From: Candidatus Spyradenecus sp.
GTDB lineage: Bacteria > Verrucomicrobiota > Verrucomicrobiia > Opitutales > UBA953
Direction of reading: 5' to 3'
NCBI GenBank assembly: GCA_045535075.1
Contig: JAZSKX010000014.1
Span: forward strand, 32,001 to 96,000
Length of the DNA stretch: 64,000 nucleotides
The position numbers and the translations under genes were made by a program. The notes beneath the pieces were generated by a model, which was not told the origin of the DNA, made no database searches, and saw nothing but the letters and a program-made list of their open reading frames with translations. Below are positions 11,651 to 20,908 of this stretch, piece by piece (the stretch's first letter is position 1; each line of letters starts with the position of its first letter).

Positions 11651-12208
11651 ATGAAAATCCAAGAAAAAAACGTGGTGGGTTTCCATTACACGCTGAAAGA
11701 TAAAGACGGGAACGTGCTTGATTCCTCCGAAGGACGCACGCCGCTCGAATATTTACACGGCGCCGGCAATATTATTCCCGGGCTCGAAAAGGAACTGATC
11801 GGACTCGCCGTCGGCGATAAAAAACAGGTTGAAGTCGCTCCGGAACTCGCTTACGGAGTAAAGCAAGACGCACTCGTCATTTCCGTTCCGCGTAAAAATA
11901 TCGAATTCGACGGCGAAATCGTTGCGGGAATGCGTTTCCATGCACAAGCCGCCGACGGGAACGTTCACGCGTTTACGGTCGTCGAAGTTGATGCCGAAAA
12001 CGTTAAAATGGACGGGAATCATCCGCTCGCGGGCGTTACGCTGTTTTTTGACGTGGAAATTACGTCGATTCGCGAAGCCACGGCGCGGGAACTCGCCGAA
12101 GGACATCCGCACATGGAAGGTTGTTCCTGTGGTTGCCACGGCGGGAACGACCATGAATGCGATTGTGACGGGGATTGCGACTGCGACGGCGGTTGCGGGT
12201 GCCACTAA
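11651..12208 (+). CDS. slyD: FKBP-type peptidyl-prolyl isomerase SlyD with a Cys/His/Asp-rich tail
   Basis: YLHGAGNIIPGLE, DGNHPLAG, IREAT..EL..GH followed by a metal-binding-type tail. Confidence 0.92.
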   Translation: MKIQEKNVVGFHYTLKDKDGNVLDSSEGRTPLEYLHGAGNIIPGLEKELIGLAVGDKKQVEVAPELAYGVKQDALVISVPRKNIEFDGEIVAGMRFHAQAADGNVHAFTVVEVDAENVKMDGNHPLAGVTLFFDVEITSIREATARELAEGHPHMEGCSCGCHGGNDHECDCDGDCDCDGGCGCH

Positions 12209-12222
12209 GCGAGGGAAAAATC

Positions 12223-14076
12223 ATGGCTCCTTTAACGCCTATTGAAGAACTTCGCCACAGCGCGGCGCACGTGCTCGGCGCCGCCGTTTTGCGCCTTTTC
12301 CCGGAAGCGCAACTCGATGTCGGGCCGGCCGTTGAAAACGGTTTTTATTACGACTTCGATCTCGACCATAAATTCACTTCTGAAGACCTCGAAAAAATCG
12401 AGGCGGAAATGAAAAAAATCGCGAAGGAAAATCAGAAATTCGAATTTACCGAAGTTTCGCGGGAAGAAGCCGAAAAGCTCGTTTCGGAAACGCCTTACCT
12501 GCAGGAATTCAAGCCCGGACGCCTTGCCGATATTCCCGAAGGCGAAAAAATCACGTTTTACCGCAACGGCGAGTTCATCGATTTGTGCCGCGGTCCGCAC
12601 GTGCGTTACACTTCGCAAATCAAAGCGTTTAAGCTGATGTCCGTCGCGGGAGCCTATCACCGCGGGAACGAAAACAATAAGCAGCTTCAGCGAATTTACG
12701 GCGTGGCGTTTGCCTCGAAAGCGGAACTTGATGAGTATTTACACAATCTCGACGAAGCCAAAAAGCGCGATCACCGCAAGCTCGGGCGGGAACTCAAGCT
12801 TTTCCATATCGACGAAGATGTCGGGCAGGGCTTGATTCTTTGGACGCCGAACGGTGCAATCGTTCGTCAGGAACTCCAAACCTTTATTTCCGAACAGCTT
12901 TTTAAGCAGGATTACAAACAGGTCTTCACGCCGAATATCGGCAACTTAAATCTCTATCGTACGTCCGGGCACTTTCCGTATTACCGTGAATCGCAGTTCA
13001 CGCCGGTTATCGATCAGGAACAAATCCAGAAGCTCGCGACCGAAGGAAAATCCTGCGGGGACTTGGCGAATTTGCTGACAGCCGGACAGCTCGACGGCTT
13101 CCTGCTTAAGCCGATGAATTGTCCGCACCACATCAAAATTTTTGCATCGCAACCGCATTCCTATCGCGATCTTCCCGTGCGCCTCGCCGAATTCGGTACG
13201 GTTTACCGCTGGGAACAATCCGGCGAACTTAACGGACTGACGCGTGTGCGCGGGTTTACGCAGGATGACGGACACCTTTTCTGCACCGAAGACCAAATCG
13301 GACAGGAAGTGCTCGGGTGCCTCGAACTCGTGAAGATTATTCTTTCCACGCTCGGAATGACGAATTACACCGTGCGCGTCGGTTTGCGCGATCCGGAATC
13401 GTCGAAATATATCGGGAAAGCCGAGAACTGGGAAAAAGCCGAAAATGCCTGCCGTATCGCAGCTGCAACGCTTGGCGTTCCCGTCAGAGAAGAAAAGGGC
13501 GAAGCCGCATTTTACGGACCGAAAATCGACTTTGTTGTTAAAGACGTGCTCGGGCGCGGTTGGCAACTCGGAACGGTTCAGGTGGACTTCAATTTGCCGG
13601 AACGCTTCAAACTCGAATACACGGGGGCGGACAACAAGCCGTGCCGTCCGGTGATGATTCACCGCGCGCCGTTCGGCTCCATGGAGCGTTTTGTCGGTAT
13701 TTTGATTGAGCATTTTGCGGGCGATTTTCCGACATGGCTCGCGCCCGAACAGGTTCGCATTCTTCCGCTTAACGATTCGCTCGTTCCCGCCGCCCGCGAA
13801 ATGCGCGAAACGCTCAAGGCAAAAGGAATTCGTGCGAGCGTCGATGAACATTCCGACAAGCTTGGTGCGAAAATCCGCCGCGCGGAATTGGAAAAAGTAC
13901 CGCACATGCTTGTGGTTGGCGCCAAGGAAATGGAAGCCGGCTTGGTCAACGTGCGTTCCCGCGCGGACAAATCGCTCGAAGGCTCCTGCACGCTTCAGGA
14001 ATTTATCGACAAACTTCTTCCGATTATCAAAGAGCGTCGCCTTTCGCCCGACGCGCCTTTGGCGAAGAAGGCTTAA
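12223..14076 (+). CDS. thrS: Threonine--tRNA ligase (short form without N-terminal TGS domain)
   Basis: LRHSAAH, DLCRGPH, RDHRKLG, KPMNCPHH, RVRGFTQDD, HRAPFGSMERF; ATG 12223. Confidence 0.97.
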   Translation: MAPLTPIEELRHSAAHVLGAAVLRLFPEAQLDVGPAVENGFYYDFDLDHKFTSEDLEKIEAEMKKIAKENQKFEFTEVSREEAEKLVSETPYLQEFKPGRLADIPEGEKITFYRNGEFIDLCRGPHVRYTSQIKAFKLMSVAGAYHRGNENNKQLQRIYGVAFASKAELDEYLHNLDEAKKRDHRKLGRELKLFHIDEDVGQGLILWTPNGAIVRQELQTFISEQLFKQDYKQVFTPNIGNLNLYRTSGHFPYYRESQFTPVIDQEQIQKLATEGKSCGDLANLLTAGQLDGFLLKPMNCPHHIKIFASQPHSYRDLPVRLAEFGTVYRWEQSGELNGLTRVRGFTQDDGHLFCTEDQIGQEVLGCLELVKIILSTLGMTNYTVRVGLRDPESSKYIGKAENWEKAENACRIAAATLGVPVREEKGEAAFYGPKIDFVVKDVLGRGWQLGTVQVDFNLPERFKLEYTGADNKPCRPVMIHRAPFGSMERFVGILIEHFAGDFPTWLAPEQVRILPLNDSLVPAAREMRETLKAKGIRASVDEHSDKLGAKIRRAELEKVPHMLVVGAKEMEAGLVNVRSRADKSLEGSCTLQEFIDKLLPIIKERRLSPDAPLAKKA

Positions 14077-14092
14077 TGCCGACGATGCTTAG

Positions 14093-14135
14093 AAAAAAGG
14101 CGTTCCCGCATGAAATTTCGCGGGAACGCCTTTTT
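14093..14135. terminator. Bidirectional terminator (thrS / TatD) formed by an inverted motif pair
   Basis: AAAAAGGCGTTCCCGC-n10-GCGGGAACGCCTTTTT, a perfect 16-bp stem between convergent genes. Confidence 0.9.
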
Positions 14136-14137
14136 GT

Positions 14138-14734
14138 TTAAATTGAGCCGAGTGCGGCATCGGATTCTTCAAAAATCCGTTCCGGAGGAATTGCTTCGCG
14201 TACTCGGCGCAGTTTTTCGGAGCCGCGTTGTTTCGGGGAAAACGAAAAAGTTGCGTCGGCAAGCCGAAGAAGTTCCCGTGCGATTTCAGGCGAACCGGAA
14301 AATGCATGAAAATGAAGCTTCGGGATTTGTTTTTCGGCATGAAAAATTCTTAAAAGCTCGTTCCATGCGCGGACGCAATGAATGTTTGCGGGAATATTCA
14401 GTTCGATTGCAAGTTGTAACTGTGAGGTAAAAATATCCGTCTGCTCGTCAAGAGAAACCTCGTGAACACGAATTTTATCCAGCCCGATTTCGCCGACTTG
14501 CGCGCGCGGTGTGCTTTCGAGAAATCGGCGAAGCACTTCGAGCCAATTTGCGCCGCGTTCCCGCAAGAACCAGGGATGTAGCCCGAATGCGGGAATAATG
14601 CCGCCGTTTTTTTTCGCGAGCGAGCTCAAGTTCTCAAAATCGCTTTCGCGAACGGCACAGACAACGCCGCTCCAATCTGCGGGAAGTGAAAAATCTTCCC
14701 GCTCCGGCAAGTGCGCGTGTGCGTCAAACTTCAT
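14138..14734 (-). CDS. TatD-family deoxyribonuclease
   Basis: DAHAHL, FGLHPW, VGEIGLD, IHCVRAW, HAFSGS, ESDA; ATG 14734. Confidence 0.88.
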   Translation of the reverse strand: MKFDAHAHLPEREDFSLPADWSGVVCAVRESDFENLSSLAKKNGGIIPAFGLHPWFLRERGANWLEVLRRFLESTPRAQVGEIGLDKIRVHEVSLDEQTDIFTSQLQLAIELNIPANIHCVRAWNELLRIFHAEKQIPKLHFHAFSGSPEIARELLRLADATFSFSPKQRGSEKLRRVREAIPPERIFEESDAALGSI

Positions 14735-14735
14735 T

Positions 14736-15725
14736 TTACTCGCCGTCCGCTTCGGCGTGATCTTTCGCTTCGGGAATCGCGGGAACGCCGTCCCAGGCCT
14801 GCTCGCGTGTCCACGGAACGTCTGCCGGAAACCAGCGTAAATCAAGGCAGCGTTTGCCGACTTCCGTCTTCGGGCAACGAATTGCGAGCATTTTGTAAAA
14901 ATCGTCCGCTACTTCCGGGTCGCGTGCTTTCAGCCAAACGCCGGCAGTGAATAGCAGACGCGCCGTGCGTTCGTCGTTGTTGGGAAGAAGCCCGGCGGCG
15001 TAGCGTGCCAAAGTTGCGGCGCGGAGGCGAATTGTGCTGACCGGTTCGGTAATTCCTCGGGAAAGGACGCGTTCGCGTTCGTCTTCAGTCGCGAAGTTTT
15101 TTTCTGCGACAAATTCCGGGACGGAGAAAAGCGAGAAAAGCGCATCGCCGTTCCCGCGAACAATCATGGCGGCGTCCCAAAAACCGCGCGCCCGGGAAAA
15201 GTCGTCGGAATTAAAATTATAGCCGCGACGAATTGCCTCTACGTAGGCATCGAAAATGGGAATGAGTTCTTGCGGGAAGTATTTCCGAGATTCCTGAGGG
15301 CGGTTTTCCCGCATGAGGCGCCGCGCCAGCGTGTAGCGAATTTCATTGGCGATTTCATCGGAGTCGCACCCGATTTCTCCGGCATCGTTTTCATTCGGCA
15401 TGCTTTCCTTCGGCGCGTCCGGATAATTTTTTTCAACGAAATCAATGAGTTCGTTTGTTTCCATGACGCATTCGGCAATGTAATTGGAAACGCCATACAT
15501 TTTTTCTTTGAGCGAGGCGGCAAGCGCGTCGTCGTAACGGCAATCTTTGAGCGACTCGGCAATCTGTTCCGAGTCGGATTCGGGAACAAGATCTGCTGTG
15601 GTTGCGGTCGTTGCGGCAGAATCGGATTCGTCCGCTAAGGTCAAATCGGAATCGGTCGTCGCGCATGAGCACAATAAAAGTGCCGAAGCGGCAATTGCGG
15701 CAAAACTTGTGGGCTTTCTCTGCAT
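14736..15725 (-). CDS. Putative lipoprotein with a helical-repeat-like C-terminal domain
   Basis: Basic N-terminus, hydrophobic core and LLLCSC lipobox-like site; tightly packed with tatD. Confidence 0.7.
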   Translation of the reverse strand: MQRKPTSFAAIAASALLLCSCATTDSDLTLADESDSAATTATTADLVPESDSEQIAESLKDCRYDDALAASLKEKMYGVSNYIAECVMETNELIDFVEKNYPDAPKESMPNENDAGEIGCDSDEIANEIRYTLARRLMRENRPQESRKYFPQELIPIFDAYVEAIRRGYNFNSDDFSRARGFWDAAMIVRGNGDALFSLFSVPEFVAEKNFATEDERERVLSRGITEPVSTIRLRAATLARYAAGLLPNNDERTARLLFTAGVWLKARDPEVADDFYKMLAIRCPKTEVGKRCLDLRWFPADVPWTREQAWDGVPAIPEAKDHAEADGE

Positions 15726-15787
15726 AAATCCATCCTATGCCTTTTTACTCTCAATTCGCGACAAATTTTTGTAGAGTTTCCGATACG

Positions 15788-16252
15788 ATGAATACGATTA
15801 CGCTTAAAGTAAAGAAAGTGCACCCGGACGCGGTCGTTCCGCGCTACGCAAAACCGGGAGACGCCGGAATGGACTTAACAGCCGTTTCCGCCGAATTTGT
15901 TGCTCCGAAAAAAATTAAAGTCGATTTCGGCTTGCAGATGGAAATTCCCGAAGGTCACGTCGGGCTTATTTTCCCGCGCAGTTCGGTTCAGAAAACGTTT
16001 TGCCGGCTTTCCAACAGTGTAGGCGTTATCGATAGCGGCTATCGCGGGAACGTAATGGCGGTATTTGATATTTTGGACGTTTGTCCGGAAGGCGAAAATG
16101 ATGCATTGATTGCGGCGGAAAAACTTTATGCGCCCGGAATGCGTTGCGCCCAAATTATCATCATGCCTTATCCGCAGGTGGCGGTTGTCGAAGCGGATGA
16201 ACTTTCATCGACGGAACGCGGCGCCGGCGGCTACGGCTCCAGCGGAATTTGA
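15788..16252 (+). CDS. dut: dUTP diphosphatase
   Basis: DAGMDL, IFPRSS, GVIDSGYRG, RGAGGYGSSG. Confidence 0.95.
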   Translation: MNTITLKVKKVHPDAVVPRYAKPGDAGMDLTAVSAEFVAPKKIKVDFGLQMEIPEGHVGLIFPRSSVQKTFCRLSNSVGVIDSGYRGNVMAVFDILDVCPEGENDALIAAEKLYAPGMRCAQIIIMPYPQVAVVEADELSSTERGAGGYGSSGI

Positions 16253-16983
16253 CACAGGTGAAAAACTCGGTGGAAATCGTCGTTCCCGCGTTTGACGAAG
16301 CTTTGCGCTTGGAACGGGGATTTTGGAGCTTGCGCACGTGGCTTGACGGGAACGGATTCGCCGACGTGCGCATTTGCATTGCCGAAAACGGTTCCCGCGA
16401 TACAACACCGAAAATAGCCGATAAACTGGCGGAAATTTGCGCGGGAACGCGGGTGCTGCATCTGCCGGAGCCGAGCCTTTCCGACGCGCTGAAAACGGCG
16501 TGGAGGACTTCAGATGCCGCAATTCTAGGCTATTGCGATGCGGATATGTCCACCGGGTTTGAACACATCGCGGAAGCCTTGAGTGTTTTACGCGAGTTTC
16601 CGAATTGCGTTCTGGTTTCTGGCTCGCGACATTTGGCGCAATCACGCGTCAGCGGGCGCAATTGGCGGCGGCGGATTGTTTCCCGCGTTTACGCCGCATG
16701 CGTGAATTTTGCACTCGGGACGGATTTTTCGGATACTGCCTGCGGCTTTAAATTTCTGCGGCGCGCGTGGTTTGACTCGGTCGAAAAAAGCCTTGTCGCG
16801 GAAAAATTTACATTAGGCGCGGAATTGGCGTTGCTCGCTACGCGGCGTTCCCGCGACGCATTAAAAGAAATTCCCGTGCGCTGGGAAGAACGCACGGGAA
16901 CGCATATTCGTTTATTGTCGGCAATTTTTTCGTCTGCGTATGGCGTGTTGAAAATTCGGAGTGCGCATCGTCAGACGAAGTAA
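16249..16983 (+). CDS. Glycosyltransferase family 2 (polyprenol-phosphate sugar synthase-like)
   Basis: VVPAFDE, ENGSRDTT, YCDADMS, SGSRH, DTACGFK, EIPVRW. Confidence 0.8.
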   Translation: MTQVKNSVEIVVPAFDEALRLERGFWSLRTWLDGNGFADVRICIAENGSRDTTPKIADKLAEICAGTRVLHLPEPSLSDALKTAWRTSDAAILGYCDADMSTGFEHIAEALSVLREFPNCVLVSGSRHLAQSRVSGRNWRRRIVSRVYAACVNFALGTDFSDTACGFKFLRRAWFDSVEKSLVAEKFTLGAELALLATRRSRDALKEIPVRWEERTGTHIRLLSAIFSSAYGVLKIRSAHRQTK

Positions 16984-16986
16984 AAT

Positions 16987-18264
16987 CTAAGCCAGCGCTT
17001 GGCTGAGGTCGCCGAGAATGTCGTCGATATGTTCGATTCCGACGGAAAGTCGGATTGTGTTCGGGCGAATTCCGCAGGCGTTAAGCTCTTCCCGTGTCAT
17101 TTGCGAATGTGTCGTCGATGCCGGATGAATAACGAGTGATTTGGCATCTGCGACGTTGGCGAGTAGGGAAAATAGCTTCAATCGGTCGATGAAGTTGCGC
17201 GCGTCCGTGTCGTTCCCGCGAATGTCAAAGGTGAAAATCGATCCGCCTCCCTGCGGAAAATATTTTTTGTAAAGAGCGTGTGTCGGCGCATCGGAAAGTG
17301 ACGGATGGCTGACGCGCTCGACTTTCGGATGAGCTTTTAGAAATTCGACGACTTTGAGCGCGTTTTGCACGTGGCGCTCAATTCTCAGCGAAAGCGTTTC
17401 CAAGCCTTGCAAAAATAAAAACGCGTGGAAAGGCGAAATCGCCGCTCCCGTGTCGCGAAGTAAAGTCGCTCGAATTTTGGTTGCGTATGCGGCGTTCCCG
17501 CAGGCTTGAGCAAAGGAAATTCCGTGATAACTCGGATTCGGCTCCGAAAGCCCGGGAAACTTTTTGCTTGCCGCCCAATCGAAGTTCCCACCGTCAACGA
17601 TAATTCCGCCGATCGCCGTACCGTGTCCGCCGATGAATTTTGTCGCCGAATGAACAACGACATTAGCTCCGTATTCAATCGGACGAAGCAGAAAAGGAGT
17701 TCCGAAAGTGTTGTCGACAATCAGCGGAATCGCATGCCGGTTGGCGATTTCCGCGACGGCGGCGATGTCGGAAACGTCACTGTTGGGATTTCCCAAAGTT
17801 TCGATAAAAATCGCTTTCGTGTTCGGACGAATTGCCGCTTCATAGGTTTCCGCCAGCGGATCAACGAATGTTGTCGTAATGCCTGATTCCGCAAGCGTGT
17901 AGGCGAGCAAATTGTATGTACCGCCGTAAATGCTGCGTTGCGCGACGATGTGATCCCCCGAGCGGGCGATATTCTGAATCGCGTAGGTGATGGCGGCGGC
18001 TCCGGAGGCGACGGCAAGCGCGGCACTCCCGCCTTCGAGCGCCGCGACGCGTCGTTCGAAAACGTCTTGGGTAGGGTTCGTCAAACGTCCGTAAATATTG
18101 CCTGCTTTTTGCAGAGCAAAGCGATCGGCGGCATCTTGAGCATTGTGAAAGACAAAGGACGTACTCGCGTAAATCGGTACGGCACGAGCGTCTGTCGCGG
18201 AATCCGGCGTTTCTTGTCCGGCATGAACTTGTAGCGTTTCGAAGCGAGGTTGATTCTGTTTCAT
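16987..18264 (-). CDS. metY: O-acetylhomoserine/O-acetylserine sulfhydrylase
   Basis: [51 protein letters not shown]. Confidence 0.93.
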   Translation of the reverse strand: MKQNQPRFETLQVHAGQETPDSATDARAVPIYASTSFVFHNAQDAADRFALQKAGNIYGRLTNPTQDVFERRVAALEGGSAALAVASGAAAITYAIQNIARSGDHIVAQRSIYGGTYNLLAYTLAESGITTTFVDPLAETYEAAIRPNTKAIFIETLGNPNSDVSDIAAVAEIANRHAIPLIVDNTFGTPFLLRPIEYGANVVVHSATKFIGGHGTAIGGIIVDGGNFDWAASKKFPGLSEPNPSYHGISFAQACGNAAYATKIRATLLRDTGAAISPFHAFLFLQGLETLSLRIERHVQNALKVVEFLKAHPKVERVSHPSLSDAPTHALYKKYFPQGGGSIFTFDIRGNDTDARNFIDRLKLFSLLANVADAKSLVIHPASTTHSQMTREELNACGIRPNTIRLSVGIEHIDDILGDLSQALA

Positions 18265-18270
18265 AATTTT

Positions 18271-18295
18271 AATTCCTATTAAATTGGTATGAAAT
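18271..18295. promoter_or_regulatory. Possible Rrf2/CymR-type operator immediately upstream of metY
   Basis: AT-rich imperfect inverted repeat AATTCCTA-TTAAATTGG-TATGAAAT (6/8 arm match). Confidence 0.35.
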
Positions 18296-18401
18296 AATCC
18301 TGTAGAAAGCTTTCTTTCGTATCAAGTGTTTTCGAGCTCCCGATACGACTCTTTTTTGTTTTGTTTCGGCGGGAACGCGGGATTAGATTTTTTCGGAAAA
18401 T

Positions 18402-20447
18402 ATGAACGCAGAACATCCTTTTCTTTCGGAAGATTTTTATGTCGATTGGGCGCAACTGACGCCGGAACGCATCGTGCCCGACATCACATTCGCGCTTGAA
18501 CGCGCACGCGGGAACGTTGAAGCGATTTGCTCGCAAACGCCCGAATGTATTTCTTTTGAAAATACAATTCTCGGTTTCGCCCGCGCCACGCGGGAACTCG
18601 GTCGCGCGTGGGGACGCGTCTGCCACCTCGAAAGCGTGGAAAACACGCCCGCGCTCCGCGAAGCCTACAACACCGTTTTGCCGAAAGTAACGGAATTTTT
18701 CAGCTCGCTCACGCTCAACGCGCGACTTTGGGAAAAAATCAAAGCCGCCGCAGAACGCATTCCCGCGGGAACGCTCGGTGCCGTGCAGCAGCGTTTTCTC
18801 GACGAAGCACTCGCCGATTTCCGTGAAAACGGCGCGGATTTGCCCGACGACAAAAAATCCCGCCTCGCCGCCATCAACGCCAAGCTCGCCGAGCTCACGA
18901 CGAAATTCGGTGAAAACGTGCTCGATTCCACCAACGCGTGGGAAAAATTGGTTGCCGACGAAACGCTTCTCGCCGGCATTCCCGCGAGCGCGAAAACCGC
19001 AGCCGCCGCTTCCGCCAAAGCGAAAAACTGCGACGGCGAATTCCGCTTCACGCTCCAAGCGCCGTCGCTCGTTCCCGTGATGCAATACGCGGAAAACGAC
19101 GCTCTGCGCCGCGAGTTTTGGGAAGCCTCCAACGCCGTCGCCCGCGACGACGCAAAGTTTGACAACGCGCCGCTCATCCGCGAAATCCTCGCCCTGCGCG
19201 ACGAAAAAGCAAAGCTTCTCGGTTTCGCCGATTTTGCCGATTACACGACTTCGCGCCGCATGGCGAAAAGCGGGAAAACCGCGCGCGATTTTGTCGAAAA
19301 TTTGCGCTCCCGCGTGGATTCTTTTTTCAAAAAAGAGACGGAAGATCTCGTAAATTTTGCGCGGGAACGCGGCGACGCGACGGCTGCGAAAACGGGAAAA
19401 CTCGCTCCGTGGGCGCTCGGTTTTTGGGCGGAAAAACTGCGACGCGAACGCTACGATTTTGATGCGGAAAGCCTGCGACCGTATTTTGAAGTCAACGCCG
19501 TTATCGCCGGAGCTTTCGCGATCGCGGAAAAACTTTTCGGCGTAAAAATTGTCGAAAAAACGGGCGTTCCCGCGTGGCATCCGGAAGTGAAAACCTATGA
19601 AGTTTTCGACGGCGAAAAAATGCTCGGCGCATTTTACACGGATTGGCATCCGCGCGAAACTAAGCGCGCCGGCGCATGGATGAATTTTCTCGCAACGCGC
19701 GGCGAAGGCGTTCCCGCGCACCTCGGGCTGATTTGCGGCAATATGTCGCCCGCTGTGGACGGCAAGCCGGCGTTGCTTTCGTTCGATGAAGTGCTGACAA
19801 TTTTTCACGAGTTCGGGCACTTGCTGCACCACGTTTTGAGCGAAGTCGAAATTCCCGAGCTCGCGGGAACGAATGTCGCGTGGGATTTCGTCGAACTTCC
19901 CTCGCAAATCATGGAAAACTGGTGCAAGCACGCAGAGTCGCTGAGCCTTTTCGCCAAGCATTTTGAAACCGGCGAGCCGCTCCCGCAGGAATTGTTGGAA
20001 AAACTTCTTCGTGCGCAAAACTTCCGCGCCGCAAGTGCCTGCGTGCGCCAGCTTTCCTTCGGGAAAATGGACTTGGATTTCCACATCGAAACCGCGAAAT
20101 ACAAGGACTGCGATTTGGAAAACTACTGGAACGAAACGCTCGCCGATTACCTCGTGCCGACCGCGTTCCCGCAGGTTTCCATGGCGCGGAAATTCCTGCA
20201 CCTGTTTTCCGAATCCACGGGCTACGCGGCGGGTTATTATTCCTACAAATGGGCGGAAATGCTCGAAGCCGACTGCTTCACGCGCTTTTTGAACGAGGGA
20301 ATTTTGAACGAAAAAACCGGACGCGAATTTCGCGAAAAAATCCTCGCGCGCGGGAACGCCGCTCCTGCCGAAGCACTCTTCCGCGATTTCATGGGACGCG
20401 CGCCCGACCCCGCTGCTCTCCTCAAGCGCGAAGGCTTAGCGGAGTAA
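18402..20447 (+). CDS. prlC: Oligopeptidase A (M3 metallopeptidase)
   Basis: HEFGH zinc motif, KRAGAWM, WDFVELPSQIMENW, GYAAGYYSYKWAE. Confidence 0.93.
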   Translation: MNAEHPFLSEDFYVDWAQLTPERIVPDITFALERARGNVEAICSQTPECISFENTILGFARATRELGRAWGRVCHLESVENTPALREAYNTVLPKVTEFFSSLTLNARLWEKIKAAAERIPAGTLGAVQQRFLDEALADFRENGADLPDDKKSRLAAINAKLAELTTKFGENVLDSTNAWEKLVADETLLAGIPASAKTAAAASAKAKNCDGEFRFTLQAPSLVPVMQYAENDALRREFWEASNAVARDDAKFDNAPLIREILALRDEKAKLLGFADFADYTTSRRMAKSGKTARDFVENLRSRVDSFFKKETEDLVNFARERGDATAAKTGKLAPWALGFWAEKLRRERYDFDAESLRPYFEVNAVIAGAFAIAEKLFGVKIVEKTGVPAWHPEVKTYEVFDGEKMLGAFYTDWHPRETKRAGAWMNFLATRGEGVPAHLGLICGNMSPAVDGKPALLSFDEVLTIFHEFGHLLHHVLSEVEIPELAGTNVAWDFVELPSQIMENWCKHAESLSLFAKHFETGEPLPQELLEKLLRAQNFRAASACVRQLSFGKMDLDFHIETAKYKDCDLENYWNETLADYLVPTAFPQVSMARKFLHLFSESTGYAAGYYSYKWAEMLEADCFTRFLNEGILNEKTGREFREKILARGNAAPAEALFRDFMGRAPDPAALLKREGLAE

Positions 20448-20528
20448 AATCGGGAATAAAAACGCAAAGTTTTTAGAACCACGAAAGCGCACGGATTTTT
20501 TACGGTAACGAAACATTGTTTAAAGGAG

Positions 20529-20550
20529 AACAGGCCGGACGCCTGTTTTT
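20529..20550 (+). terminator. Probable intrinsic terminator downstream of prlC
   Basis: AACAGGC-CGGAC-GCCTGTT followed by TTT. Confidence 0.55.
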
Positions 20551-20560
20551 ACTTCTTCCA

Positions 20561-20684
20561 ACGCTCTGAAGGAGTGAACATTAACAACCCCATGCGAAGC
20601 GAGCAACGCGAGCGGAGCTTGGGAAGTCGGACAAAACAAAAACCGTGCCGCGCCGGGAACGCGCTTCACCCCTGGCGTTCCCGC
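20561..20684. repeat. REP-like extragenic element remnant plus a motif hairpin
   Basis: GCTCTGAAGGAGT..AACAACCCCATGCGAAGCGAGCAACGCGAGCGGAGCTTGGG, then CGGGAACGC-n12-GCGTTCCCG (20654-20683), in the longest intergenic gap of the window. Confidence 0.35.
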
Positions 20685-20908
20685 AGCGCAATCGCGCAAA
20701 GACTTCCTATACGTGCTTCCGGGCGCTATGACGTCTTTCGTATATTTTGTTCTTGCGAGAAACGGAAATAGTTTATAGCCCTATACCCTATGAACTCGAA
20801 AAGCGGAAGTTTCTCATTGCCCGATGCGGAAAAAGCGTCTCGCAGTTTGTTTTCATCGCATTGTATGTGCGTTGACGGATTGATTGAGCCTTTGAAAAAG
20901 ATTTGATT

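Noticed and set aside
18265..18401. SAM riboswitch upstream of metY (also checked upstream of the AhcY-like gene)
   Set aside because: No SAM-I or SAM-II consensus recognisable by eye; an Rfam scan would be decisive.
18279..20201. 640-aa - strand ORF, and similar long shadows at 6937-7896, 26182-27264 and 44735-46018
   Set aside because: Fully antisense to well-supported genes (prlC, ilvE, galE, purL).
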